Of a DNA stretch of 64,000 bases, positions 50,710-62,899 are shown one piece after another. Source of the stretch: Octopus sinensis (taxonomy: Eukaryota); NCBI RefSeq assembly GCF_006345805.1, contig NC_043003.1, forward strand, positions 47,988,001 to 48,052,000. The letters run 5' to 3'. A program made the translations under genes and the position numbers. The notes under the pieces are model-generated. The model was not told where the DNA came from and did no database searches. It was given only the letters and a program-made list of their open reading frames with translations. Numbering within the stretch: position 1 is the first letter of the stretch; every line of letters starts with the position of its first letter.

Positions 50710-50799
50710 CAGGTGGGGGTGACTTATAATAATATACTATAAAAAGATATAATATAACAAATAATTAAAACAAATATAAATCTAACAATCTGTTTCAAC

Positions 50800-51020
50800 T
50801 CATAACCACTAGTGAATTTAATAAAAATTCCATGCAAGGACTATATATGTATATATATATATACTGGATCACTGAAATCTAACAGGTTTTTTCGCTTTGT
50901 TTATTTTCTCTTATTCCTTTCTGTTGAAGAGTGCTGGCTAGAAATGTAAAAGACTTTTTCATTTTTCCTGAGGGTCAAATTAATATACTTGCTTGTCTTA
51001 GTCTTTTGTTTTTCTATAAA
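50800..51020 (+). mobile_element. Penelope-like terminal remnant with a decayed minimal hammerhead (50917-50953)
   Basis: cttt-CTGTTGA-A-GAGT-GCTG-GCTA-GAAA-TGTA-aaag, parallel to the 5442 motif. Confidence 0.45.
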
Positions 51021-51027
51021 TTTCAAC

Positions 51028-51086
51028 TATATATATATACACACACACACACATACATATATACATACACATATATATACACACAC

Positions 51087-51119
<33 letters not shown>

Positions 51120-51418
51120 TATATGCATGCATGCATGTATGTATATATGCATGCATGTATGTATATATGCATGCATGCATGCATGTATGTATATATGCAT
51201 GCATGCATGTATGTATATATGCATGCATGCATGCATGTATATATGCATGCATGCATGCATGCATGTATATATGCATGCATGCATGCATGCATGTATATAT
51301 GCATGCATGCATGCATGCATGCATGCATGTATGTATGTATGTATGTATGTATGTATGTATGTATGTATGTATGTATGTATGTATGTATGTATGTATGCAT
51401 GCATGCATGCATGCATAT
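51028..51418. repeat. Compound (TA)/(TATG)/(TGCA) microsatellite, alternating purine-pyrimidine tract
   Basis: Seen directly; generates the MHAC/YVCM ORF artefacts. Confidence 0.95.
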
Positions 51419-51879
51419 CTACAACAGGCTTTGTTCAGTTTCTGCTCACCAAATTCCCTCACATGGCTTTGGTTGGCCCAGGGCTATAGTAGAAGACACT
51501 AGCCGAAAATGCTACATAGTGGGGCTGAACCCAAGTTGAGAAGCATACTTCACAATCACACAGTCACACCATAAATAGTGAAATACATAGCATCAGTGAT
51601 GTGATACAAACTATTAACCGTTTGGCAGGTTTTCTGAAATCCTAACAACTTGACCAGCCATGCTAACAAATAAATGACTGCTCCCACAACAAACCAAAAC
51701 AAAACAGCACCATATTATTGATAGAGCCATGCTAAAAGAAAATGGATGTAAACAGAAAATCTAATATTAACTTCTGAGATCTTTGTCTAAATATGGCAAG
51801 TCAAAGTAGACAGAGGAGTATCAATAATGTTTAAAGAATTTTCTTTCTTTTTTTTTTTATGGATTTCCTGAATTCTCCA

Positions 51880-52360
51880 ATGGCAAAAGGAACTGTGCCA
51901 GATATCATTCTTTACTAAGTGGAGAGGTTCACTGAGGTCCAGTCATTGATGTGGTAGCTTTTGTGCCTCAATGACCCCGAGAGTTCTGCCAGCAGAATGC
52001 AAGCTGAACAGGTCAAGGGATAGAGACCAGATTAGTATAAACCAACACTCCCCAAAAGTAAAAATGGGTTTGTACCTCTACTAAGTTAAAGTGCAAAGTT
52101 ACAGATGCATCAACAACAATTCAAAACCAACAAGGCCTGAGAGAGGAAGGTTTTTCTTCAGAGAACTGTGATGCAGTGTAGCAAAATCTAAAAGGGAGGC
52201 AGGAGGGAGGACATCCTAAAAACAGCTGAAAGCAGTATACTGCAGCAGAACTGAAAAAGCAGGAATCCAGATGGAGCAATGCAGAAAAGACAGTCCAGAG
52301 TCAAGAACAGTGGAGAAGTGCCATCAATGCTCCATAGACATAGAATGAAGACCTTACGTA
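51880..52360 (+). pseudogene. Decayed, internally deleted RTE element (UTR-like 5' part plus ORF2 C-terminus)
   Basis: NLKGRQEGGHPKNS*K...AELKK...WSNAEKTVQSQEQWRSAI; the 5' part recurs at ~53960-54050. Confidence 0.5.
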
Positions 52361-52504
52361 AGTATGAGGAGAGGTGATTTCCTAAGACCCTTAGGAGGGG
52401 TTCACTGAATTCCCTTTCTCCACATGAGGGTCTATATATCATATAATGATACACACACACATATATGTATACATGTTATATATATATATATATATAATTA
52501 TATA

Positions 52505-53401
52505 CAAGGTGTTATCAAAAGGTTCCCAGACTAGTTATGTTTAATAAAAAATAACTTATTTACCTAAGTTTTAACATCATCTTCTTTGAAATAGTCTCCT
52601 TGTGCAGCAATATACTGGTGCCAGCATTCCTGTCACTTTTGGAATCCAGCCTGGAAATCATTTTCTGTAAGCGTGTCAAGGACCTTCTGCAATTATCTCT
52701 GGATCTAGACAATGGTATTAAGATAGCAACCTTTGAGCTGCATTTTCATCTTGAGGAAGAGATGGAAGTCCACAGGTGCTAAATCTGGGGAATTGAGTGG
52801 ATGTGGAAGTGATACCATGCTGGTTTTGGCAAGAAGCTCACAGGTAAGGAGAGCTCAGTAAAAAATCCAATTCTTTGCACTCTTCAGATCCAGTCGCTTT
52901 CACTGAATGTCCTCCCTTAAATGCTTCAAAACACCACAATAGAACTTTTGGTTGATGGTCTGGCCCTGGGAGAACAAATTCTTGAGGCACAATACCACAT
53001 TTCCAAGGGTGATGTTTGTGGCAAGTCTTCCAGATCGCTCATCTTCCAGGGATGTTCTTCAGATTCTGAAGAGCCCGTGCTGCTTGAAACATTGTGTACA
53101 ACCCATTGCCTTGTCACTGTAAGCTTGCTGAAGCATGATCAGTGTCCCTGTAGCAGATTTTCCAAATTTAATGCAAAATTTCATACTGGCTCTTTGTTCT
53201 TGAGCTTGACAAAATTGCAGACTACAGCATACACGTGATCACAAAAACACAAATTTCACAACTTCCAAAGTAAACACAGCAATATCACTTGGCACACCAC
53301 CTCATGAAGGTCACCGCTAGCGCTCAGTGTGTATGCAAGCATGTACTGCAATCTGTTGGTGCTCTACAGAACTAGTCTGGGAACTATAGGATACTGCCTT
53401 G
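52505..53401 (-). mobile_element. Internally deleted mariner element
   Basis: TIRs caaggtgttatcaaaaggttcccagactagtt / aactagtctgggaactataggatactgccttg, TA flanks; transposase remnants ASMKFCIKFGKSAT...SLEDERSGR and GQTINQKFY. Confidence 0.85.
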
Positions 53402-54249
53402 TATATAATGATATGTATGGTTTCAAAATCCATGGTAGAGTATACTGAAAGACCTAACATGCAATATATTCAGAATAGAATTATCTATTATAGTAATTAG
53501 CATCTCAGTAGGGGCTGAAACCGGACATGGTTCCTCCTGATGATGTCTTGAGCTAACTGGATCCTATAAAGAAGCTGTTGTGGTAGCAGACCACGAAACA
53601 TGGTTGAAATTCCTCAGCCCCTCAAACTTAATCTCTACTTTCAATGAGCAGGTTGTTGATAATTTTAGTAGTTTTTCTCTCTCTCTCCCCAAGTCTATCT
53701 CAGCTGAGGTTTAATTTGCCAAGAGTAATGATCTCTCAACTCGGCCAAAAGCAAAAACCCTCAGACCACTAAAATTATAGAGGGGAGTTAAGATGGTCAA
53801 GTAGATAGCTTTTGGAGTCATAGATGACTCAGCAGAAATTCAATGTTGCAATGTTGAGTTGAAGCCATTTCATATTCCCTGGGGTTGTTCCATACATCTA
53901 GTTTATGTAGATATGTATGGTTAATAATACCCCACAAGGACCAATCCTTGTTGTTGTACGCTAGCCTGTGAGCCTCAATGACTCTAAGAGCTATGCTAGG
54001 TCCCTATGCTGGACAGGTCAAAGGATAAAGACTAGTCTAATATGGCTTACTGTCAGATGCTGTACAATAGTGAAACAAGAAAAAGATCATGAAGCAGCTA
54101 GAAACTGAGAGACATATCAAGTACATGTGAATAGGGAACACATGCAGAGAACAATAACATAATGTTAGCCTGATGTGGATGAAGAAGGCTATGTTGATGG
54201 TGGTGATGATGATAATGATGTAATTATTATAAGTACAGTTGTGACACTT

Positions 54250-54650
54250 GTGCCCCGTGCTAGTAGGGTGCTAGGAGCACCATCCAAGCATGATCGTTGC
54301 CAGAGCAGCTAACTGGCTTCCATGCCAGTGTCACGTAAAAGGCACCATTCGAGTGTGATCGTTACCAGCGTCGCCTTACTGGCACTTGTGCCGGTGGCAC
54401 GTGTAACAACATTCGAGTGAGGTTGTTGCCAGTACCGCCTGACTGGCTCCTGTGCCGGTGGCACGTAAAAGCACCCACTACACTCTCGCAGTGGTTGGTG
54501 TTAGGAAGGACATCCAGCTGTAGAAACTCTGCCCGATCAAGATTGGAGCCTGGTGTAGCCATCTGGTTCACCAGCCCTCACTCAAATCGTCCAACCCATG
54601 CTAGCATGGAAAGCAGACGTTGAATGATGATGATGATGATGATGATGATG
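54250..54650 (+). mobile_element. RTE 3' UTR with subrepeats and (GAT)n tail
   Basis: Matches 8060-8512. Confidence 0.85.
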
Positions 54651-55759
54651 TCCCCAACTACCCATATGCAATATTTCTATAACTAGTGTGTTCTTTTCAC
54701 AATGTATCTGGAGGCATTAAATTAAATTTATTGTGCTCTATCTACTGACAAATGGGAAACATAAATGGTATGCTAGCAGATGGGAAACATAAATGGTATG
54801 GTATCATAATGGAGGAAGCGTGAAACTTTGAAGCTTTATGCAGAAGACATATTTGCATTGCCCACAAAATTTTCTATTTATGTTATCAGACAGCTGAAAC
54901 GTGAATGTGTGTACGTTGTTTTTTAATCTATTAATAATGCATGGCTACTATAATAAGATAAATTGAGATAAAATTAAATTCTACTGCCACCTCACCTGCC
55001 AGACCCAGAAATTATTACCTTACACGAGACCAAAATTTGAAATTGCCTCTTTATTCAGTCAGCTGCAAGTTAGTTCTGCTGTTATGGACATCATCTTTTG
55101 CAGAGTTTACGTTGACATTTTTAATTAGCAAGGTTTTTCCCTTCCTATTATAACAACTAACGCCACGCAGCCTTTGGTCAATTAATCATCCAATTAGTCA
55201 GTTGGCATCTCATTATTTTGCAGAAAACAGAAAATAGAAATTTTTTAAATTTCCAAGTAAAAAGAAGCATGTTGAATTTGGTGTGACAGTTGACAAAAAT
55301 AAACAAATAAATAAATATAAATGCATTAAAAAAATAGTCTTATTGTGTGGGGAGCATTTATAAAAAGTTTAAAAAAAACAAAAACAAAAGAAGTAAATAG
55401 TGTACAAATGTAAAAGTACAGTAAAATGATGAAGGAATACTGTAAACCTCTATTAGACGTAATATAAAAAACAAACATAAGGGATATTTTAAGAAAAAAT
55501 GCTTGGCTATAAAATTAATCTATTGCCCAATTTGATAGCCCCACCTGACCCTTGGCTGTTTTTTTAGCAACATCTATGTAACGAGCGTTCAGAACAAGTA
55601 TCTGGCCAGAGGATAACTTTTCCCTTTCCTTCAACCAGCCTTGGAGATGCTGAAATGAGTCGGACACTGATATTTATGCTCTGATTAAGTGATAAAAAAT
55701 AGACTGCTTTGAAACCAGACCAACACCATTTAATAAAATTTTTATTCCATGTTATACTG

Positions 55760-56305
55760 CAGTGGCCCTCAGTCTTTTCTGCACCATGAACTGGTTTCAT
55801 GCAAGACAATTTTTTCATAGACTAGGGGATCACTCACATGACAAAACACAATAAAGTACATAACATACAATTGAATTATTACATATATAATGCAAATGTA
55901 ATTATTACATTGTATATTATGCACAAGTGGAGGTGCAATGACCCAGTGGTTAGGGCAGCGCACTCGTGGTTGGAGGATCGCAGTTTCGATTCTCAGACTA
56001 GGCATTGTGTATTTATTGAGCGAAAACACCTAAAACTCCACAAGGCTCTGGCAGGGGGTGGTGGCAACCCCTGTTGTACTTTTTCGCCCCAACTTTCTCT
56101 CATTCTCTCTTCCTGTTTCTTGAGTAACGCTGCAATGGACTGGCGTCCCATCCAGCTGGGGGGGGGGCACATATACCACAGAAACTGGGAAACCGGGCCC
56201 ATGAGCCTAGCTAGGCTTGAAAAGGGCACATAAATAATAAAAAAAAAAATATTATGCATAATATTTCTACTATTATTACATGATAATAGTTATAATACAA
56301 CTAAG
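55760..56305 (+). mobile_element. hAT (Charlie/MER1-like) end fragment split by SINE E
   Basis: cagtggccctcagtcttttctgcaccatgaactggtttcatgcaagacaattttttc resembles, from memory, MER1-type hAT ends. Confidence 0.5.
55927..56240 (+). mobile_element. tRNA-derived SINE family E
   Basis: A/B-box head; 10-bp TSD atattatgca (55914-23, 56249-58); A-rich tail. Confidence 0.9.
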
Positions 56306-56744
56306 GCGGCAAGCTGGCAGAATTGTTAGCATGGGAGGGATTCTTTGGGGTTTGAATAAATGTAACAAAAGCAAAGTTTAAAGGAAATATTAGCCATTTT
56401 TCATACTTTCTAGCAGTAAGCAAATAGGAAATAACAGTTGCTACACAAAGACAAAAATGTAATGGACTTAGCTTTATGAGAAACTGTACTGATGGTCATT
56501 AAGGAAAGAACAAGAACAACGTTACTGCATAGCTAGAGTAAGAATGGTGAGGAAAATGTTCAAGAAGCTATTACCTCTGCTGGTAACAAAGGTATTCTCT
56601 CTCTGAATGAGGGAAAGATTACATAATATTTGAATATGATGTGTAATGTTGCATATTAACAAAACAAGAGCTGTGGCACTGAACCTAGAATCATGTGGTC
56701 AGGAATATCAAAAGTTTTGCAAAAAAAAATAAAATAAAAACTTC

Positions 56745-57140
56745 ATACGCAGGAGTGGCTGTGTGGTAAGTAGCTTGCTAACCAACCACATGGTTCCGGG
56801 TTCAGTCCCACTGCGTGGCATCTTGGGCAAGTGTCTTCTGCTATAGCCCCGGGCCGACCAATGCCTTGTGAGTGGATTTGGTAGACGGAAACTGAAAGAA
56901 GCCTGTCGTATATATGTATATATATATAAGTGTGTGTATATGTTTGTGTGTCTGTGTTTGTCCCCCTAGCATTGCTTGACAACCGATGCTGGTGTGTTTA
57001 CATCCCCGTCACTTAGCGGTTCGGCAAAAGAGACCGATAGAATAAGTACTGGGCTTACAAAGAATAAGTCCCGGGGTCGATTTGCGTGACTAAAGGCCGA
57101 AGTCAAATGACTGAAACAAGTAAAAGAGTAAAAGAGTAAA
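56745..57140 (+). mobile_element. SINE family A, young copy with a small 3' deletion
   Basis: Near-identical to 17207 but lacks ggtgctccagcatggccac. Confidence 0.95.
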
Positions 57141-58010
57141 GAGTATACAAACATAATATTCAAAGAAAGGTTTTTTTTTGTTTTTAAAGTTAACTACATT
57201 AAGAAAAATTATGAAAAACAAAATGTCACAAACTCTTGGGGAAGTTTTCATAGAGTGTTTTTGAAAAGTTGAACAACGAAAGCACTTACACACGAAATAC
57301 CCACTATATACAAACTTCTTCCCTAAGGATTTGTCATACTCTACTTTTATACACACACACATCATTGTCATCATCATCATTTGCTGACCTGAACCATCAT
57401 TAAAAGTCCTTCCCAGAGCTTATAGTACTACATTACCACACCAATATTTGACACTTGTATCCAAAATTTCTGATGATACTAATTTATCGTTGGTGGTTCA
57501 AAGGAAAATTCTACTAAATGTATATACACAAACACATACAAACACATATATAAGCAGATATTTACATGTGTATGTGTGTGGATGTAGTATGCATTAGGTG
57601 CATAAAATATATTACAAAATCTCTCCTGCTAAATGTAAGCAGCCATGCAGATCTCATTTAAGAACTTGGTCTGACTCTTGACCCTTCTCATAATTTAACC
57701 CCTTGTTCTCTGAGCATGCAGCTGACTCCACCCTATGTTCCCTAAAGTTCATAATAAGGCAAGCTGCATGACGACCACAGCAGTACGGGTGCCACCGAAA
57801 AGTATTCTTACATGCAGTAAAGAGGTTATGAAGGGCATCCAGCCATAGAATCTATGCCAAAGTAGTCCTTGGACTCATAAGATCCTGTCGAACTGTCCAG
57901 TCAATGCCAGCATGGAATATGTACATTAATTGATGATATACATATATGTATATATATATGTGCATGTGTGTGTGTGTGTGCATGTGTATAAATCTTTATG
58001 TGTGTGTGTG

Positions 58011-58081
<71 letters not shown>

Positions 58082-58282
58082 ATGGTGATATATATATATG
58101 TATACAGGATATTAGTACACACCCAAAACTTTTGGAGGTGGATACAATTATGTAATTCTTTCTCTAAATGGATAAAACAGAACTTGGCAGGATTTGATTG
58201 ATCTCAGGACACAAAGGTATATAATGTAAATAAAAACTGCAAAGAATTTAACCTGTTGTTCTACTGTTTCTTTCACTATATT

Positions 58283-58700
58283 TAATTCTTTATTACCCAC
58301 AAGGGGCTAAACATAGAGGGGACAAACAAGGACAGACAAAGGGATTAAGTCTATTACATCGACCCCAGTGTGTAACTGATACTTATTTAATCGATCCCGA
58401 AAGGATAAAAGGCGAAGTTGACCTAGGCGGAATTTGAACTCGGAACATAGTGACAGATGAAATACCTATTTCTTTACTACCCACAAGGGGCTAAACACAG
58501 AGGGGACAAACAGGGACAGACAAATGGATTAAGTCAATTATATCGACCCCAGTGCATAACTGGTACTTATTTAATTGACCCCGAAAGGATGAAAGGCGAA
58601 GTCAACCTCGGCGGAATTTAAACTCAGAACGTAGTGGCAGACGAAATACCGCTAAGCATTTCACCTGGCGTGCTAACGTTTCTGTCAGCTCGCCGCCTTA
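58283..58700 (-). mobile_element. SINE family B dimer (post-duplication insertion)
   Basis: Empty site in copy A at ~40; actatatt at 58275-82 and 58725-32. Confidence 0.9.
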
Positions 58701-59362
58701 GATTAACTATATATATTAACTTCGACTATATTAAAAACAAAATATTAACTAATTTATGATGATGATATTGCTGATGATGAGTTATCACGATGGCCACGTG
58801 TAGTGTCCACGTGCAAGAAGCAAACAGTTGAAAAAGAGAGGGGGGAGGGAGGAAGAAACTAAAAACCCCACCATAAAATCCTTTTCTTGGTTTACTCATC
58901 AAATACTCACTCAATGCAAAACACAATGTCGAAATTTCTTTGTCACCAAAAAAGAATGCAGCAAACTATACTTTTCGAAAGGTAAATAAGCTGGGACATT
59001 CAGGTAATATTTTTTACATTTTGAACACACAAACACATACAAAGCAAAACAAAACACAAATCCCCTGTATTCTTGTAGAACATTTCCGTGACTTCTTTTC
59101 TTAGAGAGTGGCATAATCGGTAGTGTGTCAAATGAAATAACTTGCAGTACCAGTTTTGTCTCTTTGAGTTTCGATTTCAAATCTCCCTCAGGTCCTTTGT
59201 CTTTCAATATTCCAAGGTAAATAAAATAAAATGCCAGAACTTTATTTTTGAAGTCAGGTACTAAGTTACAGGAACATAAACAAACCAACAATGGTTGCCG
59301 AATGGTACAAAGCAAAGAGACAGACACACACACTCACACACATGATATATACACACATACAT

Positions 59363-59620
59363 GGTGGCACGTAAAAAGCACCATCCGAGCGTGGCCGTTC
59401 ACCAGCCTCGACTGGCACCTGTGTCGGTGGCACATAAAAAGCACCCACTACACTCACTGAGTGGTTGGCATTAGGAAGGGCATCCAGCTGTAGAAACACT
59501 GCCAGATCTGACTGGGCCTGGTGCAGCCTTCAGGCTTCCCAGACCCCAGTTGAACTGTCCTACCCATGCTAGCATGGAAAGCGGACGTTAAACGATGATG
59601 ATGATAATGATGATGATGAT
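59363..59620 (+). mobile_element. RTE 3' UTR fragment (post-duplication insertion)
   Basis: Absent at the corresponding microsatellite in copy A (~700-795). Confidence 0.85.
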
Positions 59621-60454
59621 ATATGACGGGCTTTTACAGTTTCTACCAAATCCACTCACAAGGCTTTGGTCAAACTGAGGCTGTGGTAGAAGACACTTGC
59701 CCAAAGTGCCATGCAATGGGACTGAACTCGGAATCATGCGGTTGGGAAGCAAGCTTCTTACCACAGCCACACGTATGCCTATAGTAAGTGATATTGCTTT
59801 AGATTTCCTCTGTCTATCTGATATGTTTTACAGTACATTATAGTTTAGCCCCAGGTCAGTCCTGGTCCAGTGGACTTTGATGAAAAAATGTTTCAGTGCC
59901 ACAATCCTTTATTCTTAGTTTTCCTTTTTATTATTATCCAATAAGTCCTTTTGTAAGAAAATAGAGAGTGGTTTGAGTTAGTTGTGGCTACTTTTTTCAC
60001 ATGAATAAAAAAATTTCAAAGAACCTCACCTACTGGATCAACATCTTTTAGTAGGTGGTAAGGTAGGGGCACGTTATCTTAAAACGTTGGTGATAACAAG
60101 TCCCCACCCTCCAAATTTTGGTGCTTAGGAAAATAATCAGGTTTTCCTCCTTGAAACAAAATGTGAGGCATTTGTTGAGAAAGATTTTATATCCTACACT
60201 GTTTAAGTTAAGTGGCTGTGAGAGAATCCCTTGAGTCAGTTCACTTTACTTTCCATTCAATAAAAATCTAATACATGGAAGCTGTATTAGTATAGATTTT
60301 GTCACCAAATCTATATTAGTCTGAAATAGCTTTGAAGAAGTCATTATACAATTACAGATGGTTAACACGAATATTGGGAAATTTATATGCATAAGAAGTA
60401 ATTTATTTTTGTATGAGACAAGTAACAGAATGAGGTCAGTAGTCTTGTAAGATG

Positions 60455-60950
60455 AAGCATCATCATCATCATCATCATCAAGTGTCCATTTTCCATACTA
60501 GTATGGGATGGATGGTTTGACAGGAACTGGCAAGCCAGAAGGCTGCACTGGGTTCCACTGTCTGTTTTGGCATGGTTTTTATGGCTGGATGCTCTTCCTA
60601 ATGCAAACCACCCTTCAGATTGGACTGAGTGCTCAGTTGAGTATGGAACATCATCATCATTTAGCGTCCGCTTTCCATGCTAGCATGGGTTGGACGGTTC
60701 AACTGGGGTCTGGGAAGCCTGAAGGCTGCACCAGGCCCAGTCTGATCTGGCAATGTTTCTACGGCTGGATGCCCTTCCTAATGCCAACCACTCCGTGAGT
60801 GTAGTGGGTGCTTTTTACGTGCCACCGGCACAGGTGCCAGACGGGGCTGGCAAACGGCCACAGTCGGATAGTGCTTTTTACATGCCTCCGGCACGGGGGC
60901 CAGGCGAGGCTGGCAAACGGCCACAGTCGGATGGTGCTTTTTACGTGCCA
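60455..60950 (-). mobile_element. Two adjacent RTE 3' UTR fragments
   Basis: (CAT)n tails at ~60460 and ~60651; 62-bp subrepeats at 60820-60950. Confidence 0.85.
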
Positions 60951-60989
60951 ATATATAATAATAACAAACATAATGTATGTAAAGATATA

Positions 60990-61207
60990 CAAAGAGGTGC
61001 TGAAAAGTTTCTGGCTTTAAGGGTATTACAAAAAACCTGGTTGGAGTTCCAACCTTCATGAGTTGTTTTACACGGTCAAAAAAAATGAAGGATCACTGCA
61101 ATAAGTGTGTGAATCTGAGAGGGGAATATGTTGAATAAAACCATAAATAACTGGTCCTCTTGTATTTTCTTGTACCTGAAGCCAGAAACTTTTCAGCCCC
61201 ATCACTG
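60990..61207. mobile_element. Mariner-type MITE
   Basis: TIRs gctgaaaagtttctggctt / aagccagaaacttttcagc, TA flanks; related end at ~45375-45435. Confidence 0.75.
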
Positions 61208-61734
61208 TATATCTGTAACTAGTTTTACTAGAAGTACAACTTGTCATGTATTAGTTAGTCTATACAGTTCTGAATCCTGGACAAGTTACAGTTATAGATA
61301 TGGATTATATATCATTTAATGTTCATTTCCATGCTGGCATGGGTTAGATAGGCCATCAGCATCCAATTCAGTTCTTATTCAGAGTTACTGCCCTACTAGA
61401 GGTGTCAGAGAACCATGCCTTCCTTGTACATGCAACTTTTGTCATGATTTTTTTTATGACTGGATATATTTCCTAGCATTAACCATTTTACAGAGTGATT
61501 TTATCATGGAACCATTACTAGAGAGGTTGTTTCATTTTTGGCAAGACTAGAGGAACCTCTCTACATAGGTTTTTTCCAGCTCACTAGAATACCCAAACCA
61601 TCAATAATGGCAGATGTTTAACTAAAGTATGTGATAATTATATTTCAGTTTATATGTATGAATTTTCAATGTTTCCAACTGGAGATATTGTTGAAAAATG
61701 TATACAATGAAAGTTGTTCATGAGAGTATGAGAA

Positions 61735-62190
61735 TCATCATCATCATCATCATCATCGTTTAACGTCCGCTTTCCATGCTAGCATGGGTTGGACGGTTCA
61801 ACTGGGGTCTGGCAAGCTCGAAGGCTGCACCAGGCCAGTCAGATCTGGCAGTGTTTCTACAGCTGGATGCCCTTCCTAACGCCAACCACTCCAAGAGTGT
61901 AGTGGGTGATTTTATGTGCCACCGACACAGGTGCCAGGCAAGGCTGGCAGACGGCCACGCTCAGATGGTGTTTTTATGTGCCACCGACACAGGTGCCAGA
62001 CGAGGCTGGCAGACAGCCACGCTCGGATGGTGTTTTTACGTGCCACCGACACAGGTGCCAGACGAGGCTGGCGAACGGCCACGCTCGGATAGTGTTTGTT
62101 ACGTGCCCTCAGCACGGAGGCCAGTCGATGCAGTACTGGCTACGGTCACGCTCGGATGGTTTTCTTATGTGCCACTGGCACTGGTACCAC
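61735..62190 (-). mobile_element. RTE 3' UTR with three to four 62-bp tandem subrepeats
   Basis: accgacacag at 61921, 61983 and 62045. Confidence 0.9.
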
Positions 62191-62899
62191 AAGGATACAA
62201 ATTCCATTGATGTTCATCTATTTTGATTTGGTTTGATTTGATTTGATTTGATTTGATTGATTTGGTAAATAAAAATTCCAAAATAACAGGAAAATAAGAA
62301 AATGATATTTACCACTCTCAAAATATTATACAGGTTTTATTACTTTTAACATGTATGACATGTTGTAGTCACTGATTTACTTGCTATTCCACATTGTTAT
62401 TTTTTGCAGTAATCTTCTATCTAATTTTACAAATGTTTACAAACATGACCAGACATGTTTTCACAGAATAATGAAAATGAATAACATTGCTTGTATGACA
62501 GTGATAATTTTTTACAACTATTACATGATGTCAAATCAAGGAAGCACAAACATACATATACGTGATGGGATTCTTTTAGTTTCCACCTACCAAATCCACT
62601 CACAAGGCTTTGTTCAGCCCAGGGTTATAGTAGTAGACACTTGTTCAATGTGCCATGTACTGAGACTGAATCCATAAAATGTTGTTGGGAAGATTCTTGC
62701 CACATAGTCATGCCTGCCTGCACATAATTTATACAACTATATCTATACGCATATATAAATTTGTATATCTTTCTATTCAAATTTTAAGCGCAATTAAACT
62801 GGAAATTTTCAAAGTATTTACCACACTACTGCACATACCAATGCATGACTCCTATTTTGATATATTACAAGGATAAGTCAAAAATTATATGCACTCATT

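Larger units (their letters stand above)
47038..50722 (-). mobile_element. Near full-length CR1/L2-group LINE retrotransposon
   Basis: ORF1 + ORF2 (APE, RT), short 3' UTR with stem-loop and (AAAATC)n tail at 47038-47058; no clear TSD; probably 5'-truncated. Confidence 0.95.
58246..60454 (+). repeat. Segmental duplication, copy B, with two insertions absent from copy A
   Basis: Collinear with 9-1628; extra SINE B dimer at 58283-58700 and RTE fragment at 59363-59620. Confidence 0.95.
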
